DNA of 64,000 nucleotides, taken from the IMG/VR virus record IMGVR_UViG_3300046499_000850, one strand, 5' to 3'. Below, one piece after another: positions 55,092 through 63,134 of the stretch (positions within the stretch are counted from its first letter, which is position 1; each line of letters opens with the position of its first letter). Position numbers and translations under genes: made by a program. Under the pieces are notes generated by a model. That model worked only from the letters and a program-made list of their open reading frames with translations, was not told the DNA's origin and ran no database searches. The DNA is from a virus (lineage: Duplodnaviria > Heunggongvirae > Uroviricota > Caudoviricetes).

Positions 55092-55802
55092 ATGACTCTC
55101 GTTGTTTACAAAGATGGCGTTCTGGCTGCTGATAGCCGTGGTACCGTCATGGGTGACATCTTCGACGAACACGATCGCTGTGCCCATTGCGGCGAAGAAG
55201 CGCATATCGTCAACGACACCGGCAACAAGATTACGCTGGCACCGGCAGACAAAGAAATCAAATTCCGTGGCAGCAAGGTGCTCGCGATCGGTCAAGCTGG
55301 TAACAAAATGCTCAGCCAGCGTATCGTCGGCATGATCATGAAGGGCAAGGACCTGGAAGAGATGTTCGCGAATTACATCGCCTTCCACACCACCCATCAT
55401 GACCACCGGCAAACCTCGTCGTTCCTGTTCTGCTGCGAAAAGGAAAACTACACGGTACACATGCCGAAGAAAGGCAACCTGGTCATCGAGCGACATGAAC
55501 TCGGCAAGGTCATTGGCATCGGCGCCAATGTCAAGGTCGCGGAGTGGTTTAGCGAAGTTATCCCGAGCGTCACCCCTTCGCACCTGATCAACCTGATCAT
55601 GGCCAAGAACAAAGGTATCGGTGGCCCGGTGCTTGAAGTCGACTTGAAACAAGCTGAACGCAAAATTCAAAAGGTCGAGATCAAGGACCCGACGGCACTG
55701 ATGAAAGAAATCACCAATATCTTTACAATAGGCATCGAAGCCAAAGTGGCTGCCGAAAAGAAACCAGCGAGCCGTCGTAAGTCGGCTGTGAAGAAGGAGT
55801 AA
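55092..55802 (+). CDS. Ntn-hydrolase, HslV/proteasome-beta-like peptidase with inserted Cys/His segment
   Basis: M-TLVVYKDGVLAADSRGT (Thr2 nucleophile context like HslV TTIVSVR..G.VVIAGDGQAT), VLAIGQAGN, VIGIGAN. Confidence 0.5.
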   Translation: MTLVVYKDGVLAADSRGTVMGDIFDEHDRCAHCGEEAHIVNDTGNKITLAPADKEIKFRGSKVLAIGQAGNKMLSQRIVGMIMKGKDLEEMFANYIAFHTTHHDHRQTSSFLFCCEKENYTVHMPKKGNLVIERHELGKVIGIGANVKVAEWFSEVIPSVTPSHLINLIMAKNKGIGGPVLEVDLKQAERKIQKVEIKDPTALMKEITNIFTIGIEAKVAAEKKPASRRKSAVKKE

Positions 55803-55806
55803 GTCA

Positions 55807-57051
55807 GTGGAAATATATCTCGTAGGCGGCGCAGTCCGTGACCAAGTCATGGGTGTGCCATCGTTGGACCGTGATTGGGTGGTGGTAGGTAGCACTCCTG
55901 AGCAAATGGAAACCCAAGGTTATCGCTCAGTCGGTAAAGACTTCCCGATCTACTTACATCCGCTCACGAAAGAAGAATACGCGTTAGCGAGGCGTGAACG
56001 CAACGGCAACGTCACCGTGTTCTCGCCGGATGTGACACTGGAAGAAGACTTGGCGAAGCGTGATCTCACGATCAATGCCATGGCGATGGAACTGTTCGAT
56101 CTGGACAAGCCAACGGCGTCGTACCGCGTGATCGACCCGCACTTCGGCCACGACGACATCCTCAACAAAGTACTGCGGATGGTCAGCTACGATGCTTTTT
56201 GGGAAGACCCGATCCGGGTGTTGCGCGTCGCTCGCTTTGCTGCGCGCTATCCGGACTTTCGCATCGATTGCGGTACCATGCTGGCGATGGAAGAACTGGC
56301 CGACAAGGGCAAGCTCGATAACCTCGCACCGGAACGCGTCTGGAAAGAACTGTCACGTGGTCTGATGGAGATCAAGCCATCGCGCATGCTGCAAGTGCTG
56401 CGTGAATGCGGCGCGTTGAAAGTGATCCTACCAGAAGTCGATGCGCTCTACGGTGTTATTCAACCCGCCCAATGGCACCCGGAGATCGACACCGGCGTCC
56501 ACGTCGAGCAAGTGCTCGATTATGCTGCCAGCCAGAACTTCGAACTGCCAGTGCGGTGGGCGTGTTTGTTGCACGATCTCGGTAAAGCGTTGTCGCCGAA
56601 AGACACTCTGCCTGCCCACCACGGTCATGAGTACGAAGGCGTCCATCTCGCGTTAAATGTTTGTGAGCGTTTAAACGTACCAACGCGAATAGCCCAAGTG
56701 GCCATCACTACGACCCGTGAACACGGTAACATCCACGGGGCGATGAAGTTGCGGCACACGAGTATCACCAAAATCTTGCGCAAGTGTGATGCGTTCCGTA
56801 ACCCAGACCGTTTCCAACACATCCTGCAAGCGTGTCTGTGCGATGCCCGCGGTCGGCATTCAGAAACCAAGAGCTTCGCTGATGTCGAGTACCCGCAAGC
56901 CGTACGTCTGACCAACGCTCTGTGGGCTGCCAAGCAAGTCAAAGGTGACCTAGTCGCGGAACGCTGCAAAGGTCGTCCACAAGACATCGCTTTGGAAATG
57001 CACGCAGCTCGCGCCCGCGCCATCAAAGCATTCGAGCGTAATCAAAAATAA
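55807..57051 (+). CDS. cca: CCA-adding tRNA nucleotidyltransferase (class II, with HD domain)
   Basis: YLVGGAVRDQVMGVPSLDRDWVVVG head motif; HD-type C-terminal half; GTG start with RBS aagaaggagtaag. Confidence 0.9.
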   Translation: MEIYLVGGAVRDQVMGVPSLDRDWVVVGSTPEQMETQGYRSVGKDFPIYLHPLTKEEYALARRERNGNVTVFSPDVTLEEDLAKRDLTINAMAMELFDLDKPTASYRVIDPHFGHDDILNKVLRMVSYDAFWEDPIRVLRVARFAARYPDFRIDCGTMLAMEELADKGKLDNLAPERVWKELSRGLMEIKPSRMLQVLRECGALKVILPEVDALYGVIQPAQWHPEIDTGVHVEQVLDYAASQNFELPVRWACLLHDLGKALSPKDTLPAHHGHEYEGVHLALNVCERLNVPTRIAQVAITTTREHGNIHGAMKLRHTSITKILRKCDAFRNPDRFQHILQACLCDARGRHSETKSFADVEYPQAVRLTNALWAAKQVKGDLVAERCKGRPQDIALEMHAARARAIKAFERNQK

Positions 57052-57068
57052 TCGGAAAGGGGTGATGT

Positions 57069-58199
57069 ATGGGTGGCAATGCTGTTGACCAGACTTATGA
57101 AGGAAAACCTGGCCGTAAACCTGCGGAAGAGTACTTTCGTATCATGGAACGTGTTTGCTGGCGTGTGGGTAATATGTTCCCGTGGTCGCACCTGACCGCA
57201 GTGACCGCCTACGCCAAGAAGGAAAGTTTCGGCGATGGTGACATCCTGATCGAACGTGACAATCTGCCGAGTGACTGGGTACAGCAAATGCACAAAGCGT
57301 TCATGCCCCAGAATCTCGTCATCAACCGTTTCAAAGGTACGCCGCTGTCGTATCGTTGGGACGACGAAGTACCAGCAATCAGTCCCGAGTGCTTCTCGGT
57401 GTCTCTCGACATCATGGGTCTGCAAGTTGACTTAATCCTAGTGAATCGGGATGAATTCAATACTGCTCGTACGTACTATGCGTTCAACGATCTGGGTAAC
57501 TTCATGGGCCGCATCGCCGAACGCATGGGTTTCAAGTACGGCTGGGATGGTCTCTGGAAAGAGCTCATTAACGATAAGGGTGAACCATTTGCAAAGATCC
57601 TGGTAAGCCGTGATGTCGCGCAGATCTTCGAGTTCCTGGGTTACGACCATGGTCGCTTCAGCCGTGGTTTCGAAACCCAGGAAGACGTCTTTACGTTTGC
57701 GGCTTCCACCCGGTACTTCAACAGACGTATCTATCTGCTGGAGAGCCGGAACCATAAGTCACGGGCACGGGACGCGAAGCGTAAGTCGTATACTGCGTTC
57801 CTGACCTGGCTGGGGATGAAGCCGGAACTGGAGAAGTATCAGTGGCTGGAGTATACGCCTGGCGATAAATCCGCAGAGCGTGACAAGGAAAAAGCGTACT
57901 GGCTTGAAAAGTCTTATGACTATTTCCCTGGTCTAGAAGGGCTGGTCATCATCAAACAGACCGAGGATCAGCAAGCGCGCGAAGCCAAGAAAGTCTGGAA
58001 TGGCGCGATTGTTACCGCTATCACCGGTTTGACAGGCAAAGCGTTGGGTGATTTCATGCAGGAATGTCGTGACCGGCAGAAGCGAATGAGCATGTTCTCG
58101 TTTGAACAGTGGGTCAATCACCAAACCCCGCAGCAAATTGAAGAATTTGTCAAAGAAGTTCAGCAGCAACCCAAGAGTAACACAATTATCAATAACTAA
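57069..58199 (+). CDS. hypothetical protein (376 aa); possible nucleotidyltransferase-fold (FGDGDILIE)
   Basis: RBS aaaggggtgatgt-ATG; weak G..DGD motif only. Confidence 0.5.
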   Translation: MGGNAVDQTYEGKPGRKPAEEYFRIMERVCWRVGNMFPWSHLTAVTAYAKKESFGDGDILIERDNLPSDWVQQMHKAFMPQNLVINRFKGTPLSYRWDDEVPAISPECFSVSLDIMGLQVDLILVNRDEFNTARTYYAFNDLGNFMGRIAERMGFKYGWDGLWKELINDKGEPFAKILVSRDVAQIFEFLGYDHGRFSRGFETQEDVFTFAASTRYFNRRIYLLESRNHKSRARDAKRKSYTAFLTWLGMKPELEKYQWLEYTPGDKSAERDKEKAYWLEKSYDYFPGLEGLVIIKQTEDQQAREAKKVWNGAIVTAITGLTGKALGDFMQECRDRQKRMSMFSFEQWVNHQTPQQIEEFVKEVQQQPKSNTIINN

Positions 58200-58213
58200 T
58201 AAGGAAAGAAGTC

Positions 58214-59899
58214 ATGTCTGAAACCGCAGTCGCAGCAAACACAGACGTCGTCAAAGCACCGTACGACCCGAGCCTGTTCCACCGTATCGCCCAGCGCGCC
58301 CAAGCGAACTACGACGCCCATGTCAACGGCAACGAGCCGCTGTTCCGTGTCGAAGTCCCGAAGGGTAAACTGTTCGACGCCTACCTCAACAGCCTGCCGG
58401 CGGAAATCCGCCAACAGATGAACTGCTCGTGCTGCCGCAGCTTCCTGAACCGCAGCGGCGGCCTGGTCCGCATCTCGACCGCCACCGAGACCTTCGGCCA
58501 GCTGCAATCGGTGCTGTGGCGTGATGACACGCCGACGGAAACCGATCCGGCCTTCGATGCAGCAGTGACCACCATGCGTGACCTGGTCGAGAAAGCCGCC
58601 ATCGGCTACCACTTCCTGTCGAGCGCTGAACACTTCGGCGAATTCGAAAAGGGCGGCTTCGAACACTTCGCGGTGATCAACAAGCAAGTCTTCGTCCACG
58701 AGCTGTCCCAAGCGCACGAAGTCGTCGCCACCGAAATGCAGACCTTCAGCAACCTGTCGAAGTTTATCGGCAAGGACGTCACCCAAGACGTGCTGGACAA
58801 GGCCCTGGTGTTCTTCAAGCACGACGCCCGCCTCAAGAGCCAGGCCAAGTGGATCGGTCACCTCGAATGGCTGGCGGAATTCAAGCGTCAACGCGATGCC
58901 CTGCCGCAAGACCAGCGCCGCGCCTACGTCTGGCTGCAGGTCGCGACCCAGTCGCCGGGTCGTGTCGATGTGAAGAACAGCCCGCTCGGCAAGTTCATCA
59001 AGAACATCGTCGCCGGCATCAGCTACGACGTCGCCACCAAGAAGTTCCTGGAAATGACCAATGGTATCAACTACATGCGTCCGACGGCAGCGCCGAAGCA
59101 AGGCGCCGTGCAACGCGCAGAAGCGATCTTCGAGAAGATGGAACTCGCCCCGTCCCTCGAACGCCGTGAACTGACCCACGAAGAAATCCGTGGCAAGGTC
59201 TGGTCGCAACCGGTGCCGGAAGTCGAGGAAGAAAAGAAGAAGCCGCTGTTCGGCCACCTGACCACGCAGAACGAGAAGCCGGCCCAACCGGAAAAACTCG
59301 AAATCAACGGCGGCCCGATCACGCTGCAGCGCTTCATGGCGGAAATCCTGCCGCAGGCCGAGGAGCTGTACTTCGACTACCGCAACCACTACAGCGGCGG
59401 CTTCAACATCCGTGGCTTCATCACCGCGGTGCGTGCCGATGCCAAGCCGATCCTGCTGTGGGACCGTGAAGACGACCGCAATCCGGTGTCGAGCTACGTG
59501 TACCATAACGGTTCGTCGCCGCAGCACTGGGACCTGCCGCCCGGTAAGGTGCGGATCACCGACATCGTGATCAACCCGGACCAGTGGAACAACGCCACGC
59601 TGGAAAAACCGTTTAACTTCGGCGAGCAAGACCTGGTCTTCATCTTCGAAACCGGCCGCGATTCCCGTCTGGCCCAAGTCGGCAGCACGCCGATGTTCCC
59701 GGAAACCTTCCGTCCGGAACTGCACGAAGTGCGCTCGGTGATGGAGTTGTTCTTCCGCACCAAACGCATGACCCCGCTGGATGAAGGTCAAAAGCCGGTG
59801 GTCGGCCTGCACGCCAACAAGAACGGTCAGATGTTCATCCCGCTGCTGGTGGTGACGAAAGACGCGATCATGAAGTACCAGATCGACCGTTCACACTAA
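58214..59899 (+). CDS. hypothetical large protein (561 aa)
   Basis: RBS taaggaaagaagtc-ATG; antisense 538-aa ORF judged spurious. Confidence 0.6.
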   Translation: MSETAVAANTDVVKAPYDPSLFHRIAQRAQANYDAHVNGNEPLFRVEVPKGKLFDAYLNSLPAEIRQQMNCSCCRSFLNRSGGLVRISTATETFGQLQSVLWRDDTPTETDPAFDAAVTTMRDLVEKAAIGYHFLSSAEHFGEFEKGGFEHFAVINKQVFVHELSQAHEVVATEMQTFSNLSKFIGKDVTQDVLDKALVFFKHDARLKSQAKWIGHLEWLAEFKRQRDALPQDQRRAYVWLQVATQSPGRVDVKNSPLGKFIKNIVAGISYDVATKKFLEMTNGINYMRPTAAPKQGAVQRAEAIFEKMELAPSLERRELTHEEIRGKVWSQPVPEVEEEKKKPLFGHLTTQNEKPAQPEKLEINGGPITLQRFMAEILPQAEELYFDYRNHYSGGFNIRGFITAVRADAKPILLWDREDDRNPVSSYVYHNGSSPQHWDLPPGKVRITDIVINPDQWNNATLEKPFNFGEQDLVFIFETGRDSRLAQVGSTPMFPETFRPELHEVRSVMELFFRTKRMTPLDEGQKPVVGLHANKNGQMFIPLLVVTKDAIMKYQIDRSH

Positions 59900-59905
59900 G
59901 CATCA

Positions 59906-60020
59906 AGATTCCCGCGCAAGCGGGAATGCCGTACCGGCCGTGATAATCGTTTGATGAACGGCCGTGGTAGCAACTAAGTCTTGAGGGAAGGGGAGCTCCG
60001 GCTCCTCTTCTTTATGCCGT
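59906..60020 (+). terminator. structured intergenic region with three consecutive hairpins (attcccgc-gcaa-gcgggaat; cggccgtg...acggccg; ggggagctccggctcctc)
   Basis: inverted repeats read from sequence; T-run after the last. Confidence 0.5.
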
Positions 60021-60079
60021 CGATATTTTGCGATTAGCGAACATGCATTTATGAGTCAAACATTAAAAGGAATAACAAC

Positions 60080-60505
60080 ATGAACGTACAACACCACAAC
60101 ACCCTGATCGAACTGAAACAGATCCTCCCTACCGATCTGGTGTACATCCTTGCTCCTTACACCGCCAAGTTACCTGACGGCAGTGAAGACAAGGTCAAAG
60201 TCGCCGAGCGTGTGCGCGTCGTGAGCCTGTGCATGGCGAAACTCATGCACATGGGGATCAAGACCTGCAGCCCGGTGCTGATGCACCTGCTGCGCACCTA
60301 TGTCAATGAACTGCCAGGTGACTGGGCTTACTGGGGCGAGTACTCCGAAGTCATGCTTGGCAAGTGCGACCGCGCAATCGTTCTCATGATCGATGGTTGG
60401 GAAAAGTCAACCGGCATTGCTGCCGAGACCGAACTGTGGAACGATCGTCCCAGCACCCTACCCATGATTTACCTCGATCCAGTGGAGTTCCTGAAAAATG
60501 AATAA
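60080..60505 (+). CDS. hypothetical protein (141 aa)
   Basis: RBS aaaaggaataacaac-ATG. Confidence 0.5.
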   Translation: MNVQHHNTLIELKQILPTDLVYILAPYTAKLPDGSEDKVKVAERVRVVSLCMAKLMHMGIKTCSPVLMHLLRTYVNELPGDWAYWGEYSEVMLGKCDRAIVLMIDGWEKSTGIAAETELWNDRPSTLPMIYLDPVEFLKNE

Positions 60506-60803
60506 ACCAGAGAACCTCGGCCCGATCTGGTGCCACACGCAAGACGAGATCCCCAAAGAAAAACACTGGGCGATTCTGGAGACGGGTTCGGTCCGTGAAG
60601 AAGGTTATGATGTCGGCGACCCGTCCACCACCAAAAACTTCATCGAGTATATCGCATATCTCGACAAAGCGCTGTGGGAAGCAGAAATCATCAAGCGGGC
60701 CCGAGACGCACTCCAACCGCGTTTCGGTACACCCAAGGCATTCATCCCGATCGAGGTTAATCCAGTCCATGTGGAAACCTCGATTAGTGTCAAGGTCGGC
60801 TAA
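60498..60803 (+). CDS. hypothetical protein (101 aa)
   Basis: overlapping start. Confidence 0.45.
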   Translation: MNKPENLGPIWCHTQDEIPKEKHWAILETGSVREEGYDVGDPSTTKNFIEYIAYLDKALWEAEIIKRARDALQPRFGTPKAFIPIEVNPVHVETSISVKVG

Positions 60804-60821
60804 CAATCAATAACAAGGTTT

Positions 60822-61724
60822 ATGGAAAAGTACCTAGACAGGATTGAGTTATCGTTTGGCTGCGTGGAAATCTGTGACTTCCCGGCCAGCGCCACGGCTT
60901 TTGAACAATACCCCTCGGGTCGCCTGATCATCAACGATCTGCATGGTGACGACCTGGTGTATTACCGTTTGAAGGTCAGTGCTACGGTACGCAATCGTAA
61001 CATCAAATACAACCGCTTTGACGATTTGAAAGCGGAGCTGGAAAACGTGATCACGCAGTACTTTAAGAACTTGTATGGTTATCCGGTGCAGGTCCACGGG
61101 TTGCCCACCATGCGCCGGTACTTGATGTGGCTGTTAAACCCCAGTGGCCGTTACATGGGGCAAAAGCCAGGCTCGCGGATCGAACCGATCAACAGTTCGA
61201 TGGGTGGCTACCAGATGTTTATCGAGCTACCCAACCTGATCTTCTTTCACATGCATGACCGGGTGGTGTGCCGTGACCCCAACGACGCCAAGGCGCCACC
61301 GCAGAGCTTCTATAGCCGTCGCTTTGAAGAACTGTCGCAGAAAGATGTCAATCCGGATACGGTCGCGCACACGTACCCGCGCGATGGCTTCTTCGGTGTA
61401 ATGCGCTTTGCTGGGATCTCGTACTTCTTCTCCCTGCAAGTGGCCGATCTGCCGCGTTGGAACCGCATTGCTGAAGTCACCAGTAGTGTCACCAAACCAC
61501 AGTGGAATATTGAGAAACGCCTCAGCAACAGTCTCGACCCGGATCTGCTCGGTGTGATTCTGCACCGGGAGATTCTGCGTCGCTTCACGTTCTTCCGCCT
61601 CGGTACGCTGGAGAAACACCACGACATCCAAGTGCTGTTTACCCTCAAAGACCGGATGAATGAAAAACCGGCGGAGTATGACCAGATTCAAATCCTTCAA
61701 CCAGACGCAAAATTAACAACATAA
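60822..61724 (+). CDS. hypothetical protein (300 aa)
   Basis: follows variant motif taacaatcaataacaagg. Confidence 0.55.
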   Translation: MEKYLDRIELSFGCVEICDFPASATAFEQYPSGRLIINDLHGDDLVYYRLKVSATVRNRNIKYNRFDDLKAELENVITQYFKNLYGYPVQVHGLPTMRRYLMWLLNPSGRYMGQKPGSRIEPINSSMGGYQMFIELPNLIFFHMHDRVVCRDPNDAKAPPQSFYSRRFEELSQKDVNPDTVAHTYPRDGFFGVMRFAGISYFFSLQVADLPRWNRIAEVTSSVTKPQWNIEKRLSNSLDPDLLGVILHREILRRFTFFRLGTLEKHHDIQVLFTLKDRMNEKPAEYDQIQILQPDAKLTT

Positions 61725-61735
61725 AGGAGTCTATC

Positions 61736-62509
61736 ATGAGCGACAACATCATCGATTTTGAAAAGCTTCGCAAGGACAGGGCCGAGAAAGACGGCGCCCA
61801 ACAACAGGCTGTGGCGATCGTACATGACCGCGCAGCTTATGTGTTGCGGAAAGATGGGATGATGGAAATCATCGAGGGGAGGAACATGGTTGTTCAAGAA
61901 CCAACCAACCCCGAACGGCAAATGATCGTGCAAATCCAGCACATGGAACAGGTCATTGCAGAGTTGATCCACAAATACGAACCCCATCGCATCTGGGACG
62001 ACTACTTGTGCTATGTGTACTTTGACTGGGACAAAGTCGCGCGCAATACCGGCGGTCAAGAACTGGTGTGGCACACGAACTTTATGGATGCACCGGAAGT
62101 CTTGATCCAGCGGGCAGTGTGGCCAATTTTAGTGGCAGTGCGGGAATACGCCGAATCGATGGGGATGCGAGCCAAGATCGGCGGCATGGCGCAAGAGCCC
62201 GGCGAGATGTTCAAACTTCTGTCGTCTGACTGTTCCCCGTTTGTGTTTCGCATCGATGCACCCGAGGATGTGATGGGTACCCGTCTCAAGGCCAAGTTCA
62301 TCCGCAAACCCGGCCGCGGTAACAAGAGCGATCCAATCTTGGGTGGGGAGTTGGAGATCCCCCACTTCTGGAGTGACCAAGAACGCACCATTTGCTTGGC
62401 ACGGATTCTGACCTGCGATTCGAGCGACACCATCATCCACACGGTTAACGATTACATCAAGATCGCCAAAGCTGGTTACATCCATACCCAGTCGATTCTC
62501 GACCTGTAG
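61736..62509 (+). CDS. hypothetical protein (257 aa)
   Basis: RBS aaaggagtctatc-ATG. Confidence 0.55.
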   Translation: MSDNIIDFEKLRKDRAEKDGAQQQAVAIVHDRAAYVLRKDGMMEIIEGRNMVVQEPTNPERQMIVQIQHMEQVIAELIHKYEPHRIWDDYLCYVYFDWDKVARNTGGQELVWHTNFMDAPEVLIQRAVWPILVAVREYAESMGMRAKIGGMAQEPGEMFKLLSSDCSPFVFRIDAPEDVMGTRLKAKFIRKPGRGNKSDPILGGELEIPHFWSDQERTICLARILTCDSSDTIIHTVNDYIKIAKAGYIHTQSILDL

Positions 62510-62598
62510 CACCCGTAGCACCTGAAAGAGACTTATTGAATGAAGGGGCCAACCACCGCTCCTTCGTTCAATCAACTTACAAGCCAATAACAAACAAA

Positions 62599-63000
62599 AT
62601 GCTCACAACGACAAAACAAGTATCGCCTTCCAAGGGCGGTGCAGTTTACGCCGCTTTCGTCATGGATGCCATGGAAGCGGTGCGCAACTACTGTATCAAC
62701 GATGCAGCCATCCGCGTGCATATCGACGCTACTGCCATGACCGCGATTTCCTTCACCGCTGATTGGCTGGAACGTAAATGGGGCCACCGCCCCATTACCC
62801 GTCGGGTATACATCGAAACCAAGCTGACGGACGACGGTTTGATCTCGGTGATCTACATGGCCAAGTCGTTCGATGAAAACGCAGTCCGGGTGAAGTACAA
62901 CCAAAAGACCGCACCCCACATCGCAAACGATATCCAACAGTTCTTGCGCCTGAACAAACTGCCAGTCACTGTCGCTGTTCCCACCCCGCTCGCCGCTTAA
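62599..63000 (+). CDS. hypothetical protein; start uncertain (62536 or 62599)
   Basis: ORF; weak RBS. Confidence 0.4.
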   Translation: MLTTTKQVSPSKGGAVYAAFVMDAMEAVRNYCINDAAIRVHIDATAMTAISFTADWLERKWGHRPITRRVYIETKLTDDGLISVIYMAKSFDENAVRVKYNQKTAPHIANDIQQFLRLNKLPVTVAVPTPLAA

Positions 63001-63007
63001 CGCGCAT

Positions 63008-63060
63008 ACTCCCGCTACCCTGAAGGGTAGCGGGATTTATGTCGTCTCTACATTTTTTTG
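63008..63060 (+). terminator. intrinsic terminator, conserved family (tcccgctaccc-tgaa-gggtagcggga + T-runs)
   Basis: same stem as terminators at 9230 and 19075. Confidence 0.65.
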
Positions 63061-63100
63061 GTTATATATTACTCTTTTGAACCATTATACGAAGTACCTC

Positions 63101-63113
63101 TATAATCAACAAC
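63101..63113 (+). promoter_or_regulatory. TATAATCAACAAC promoter-like motif
   Basis: ctctataatcaacaacatatccaaggaaatcatcacg-ATG. Confidence 0.5.
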
Positions 63114-63134
63114 ATATCCAAGGAAATCATCACG

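Noticed and set aside
58196-59812. 538-aa minus-strand ORF
   Set aside because: Antisense to + strand gene 58214..59899, which has a good RBS. The low-complexity Arg/Gly/Asp composition is typical of spurious GC-rich antisense frames.
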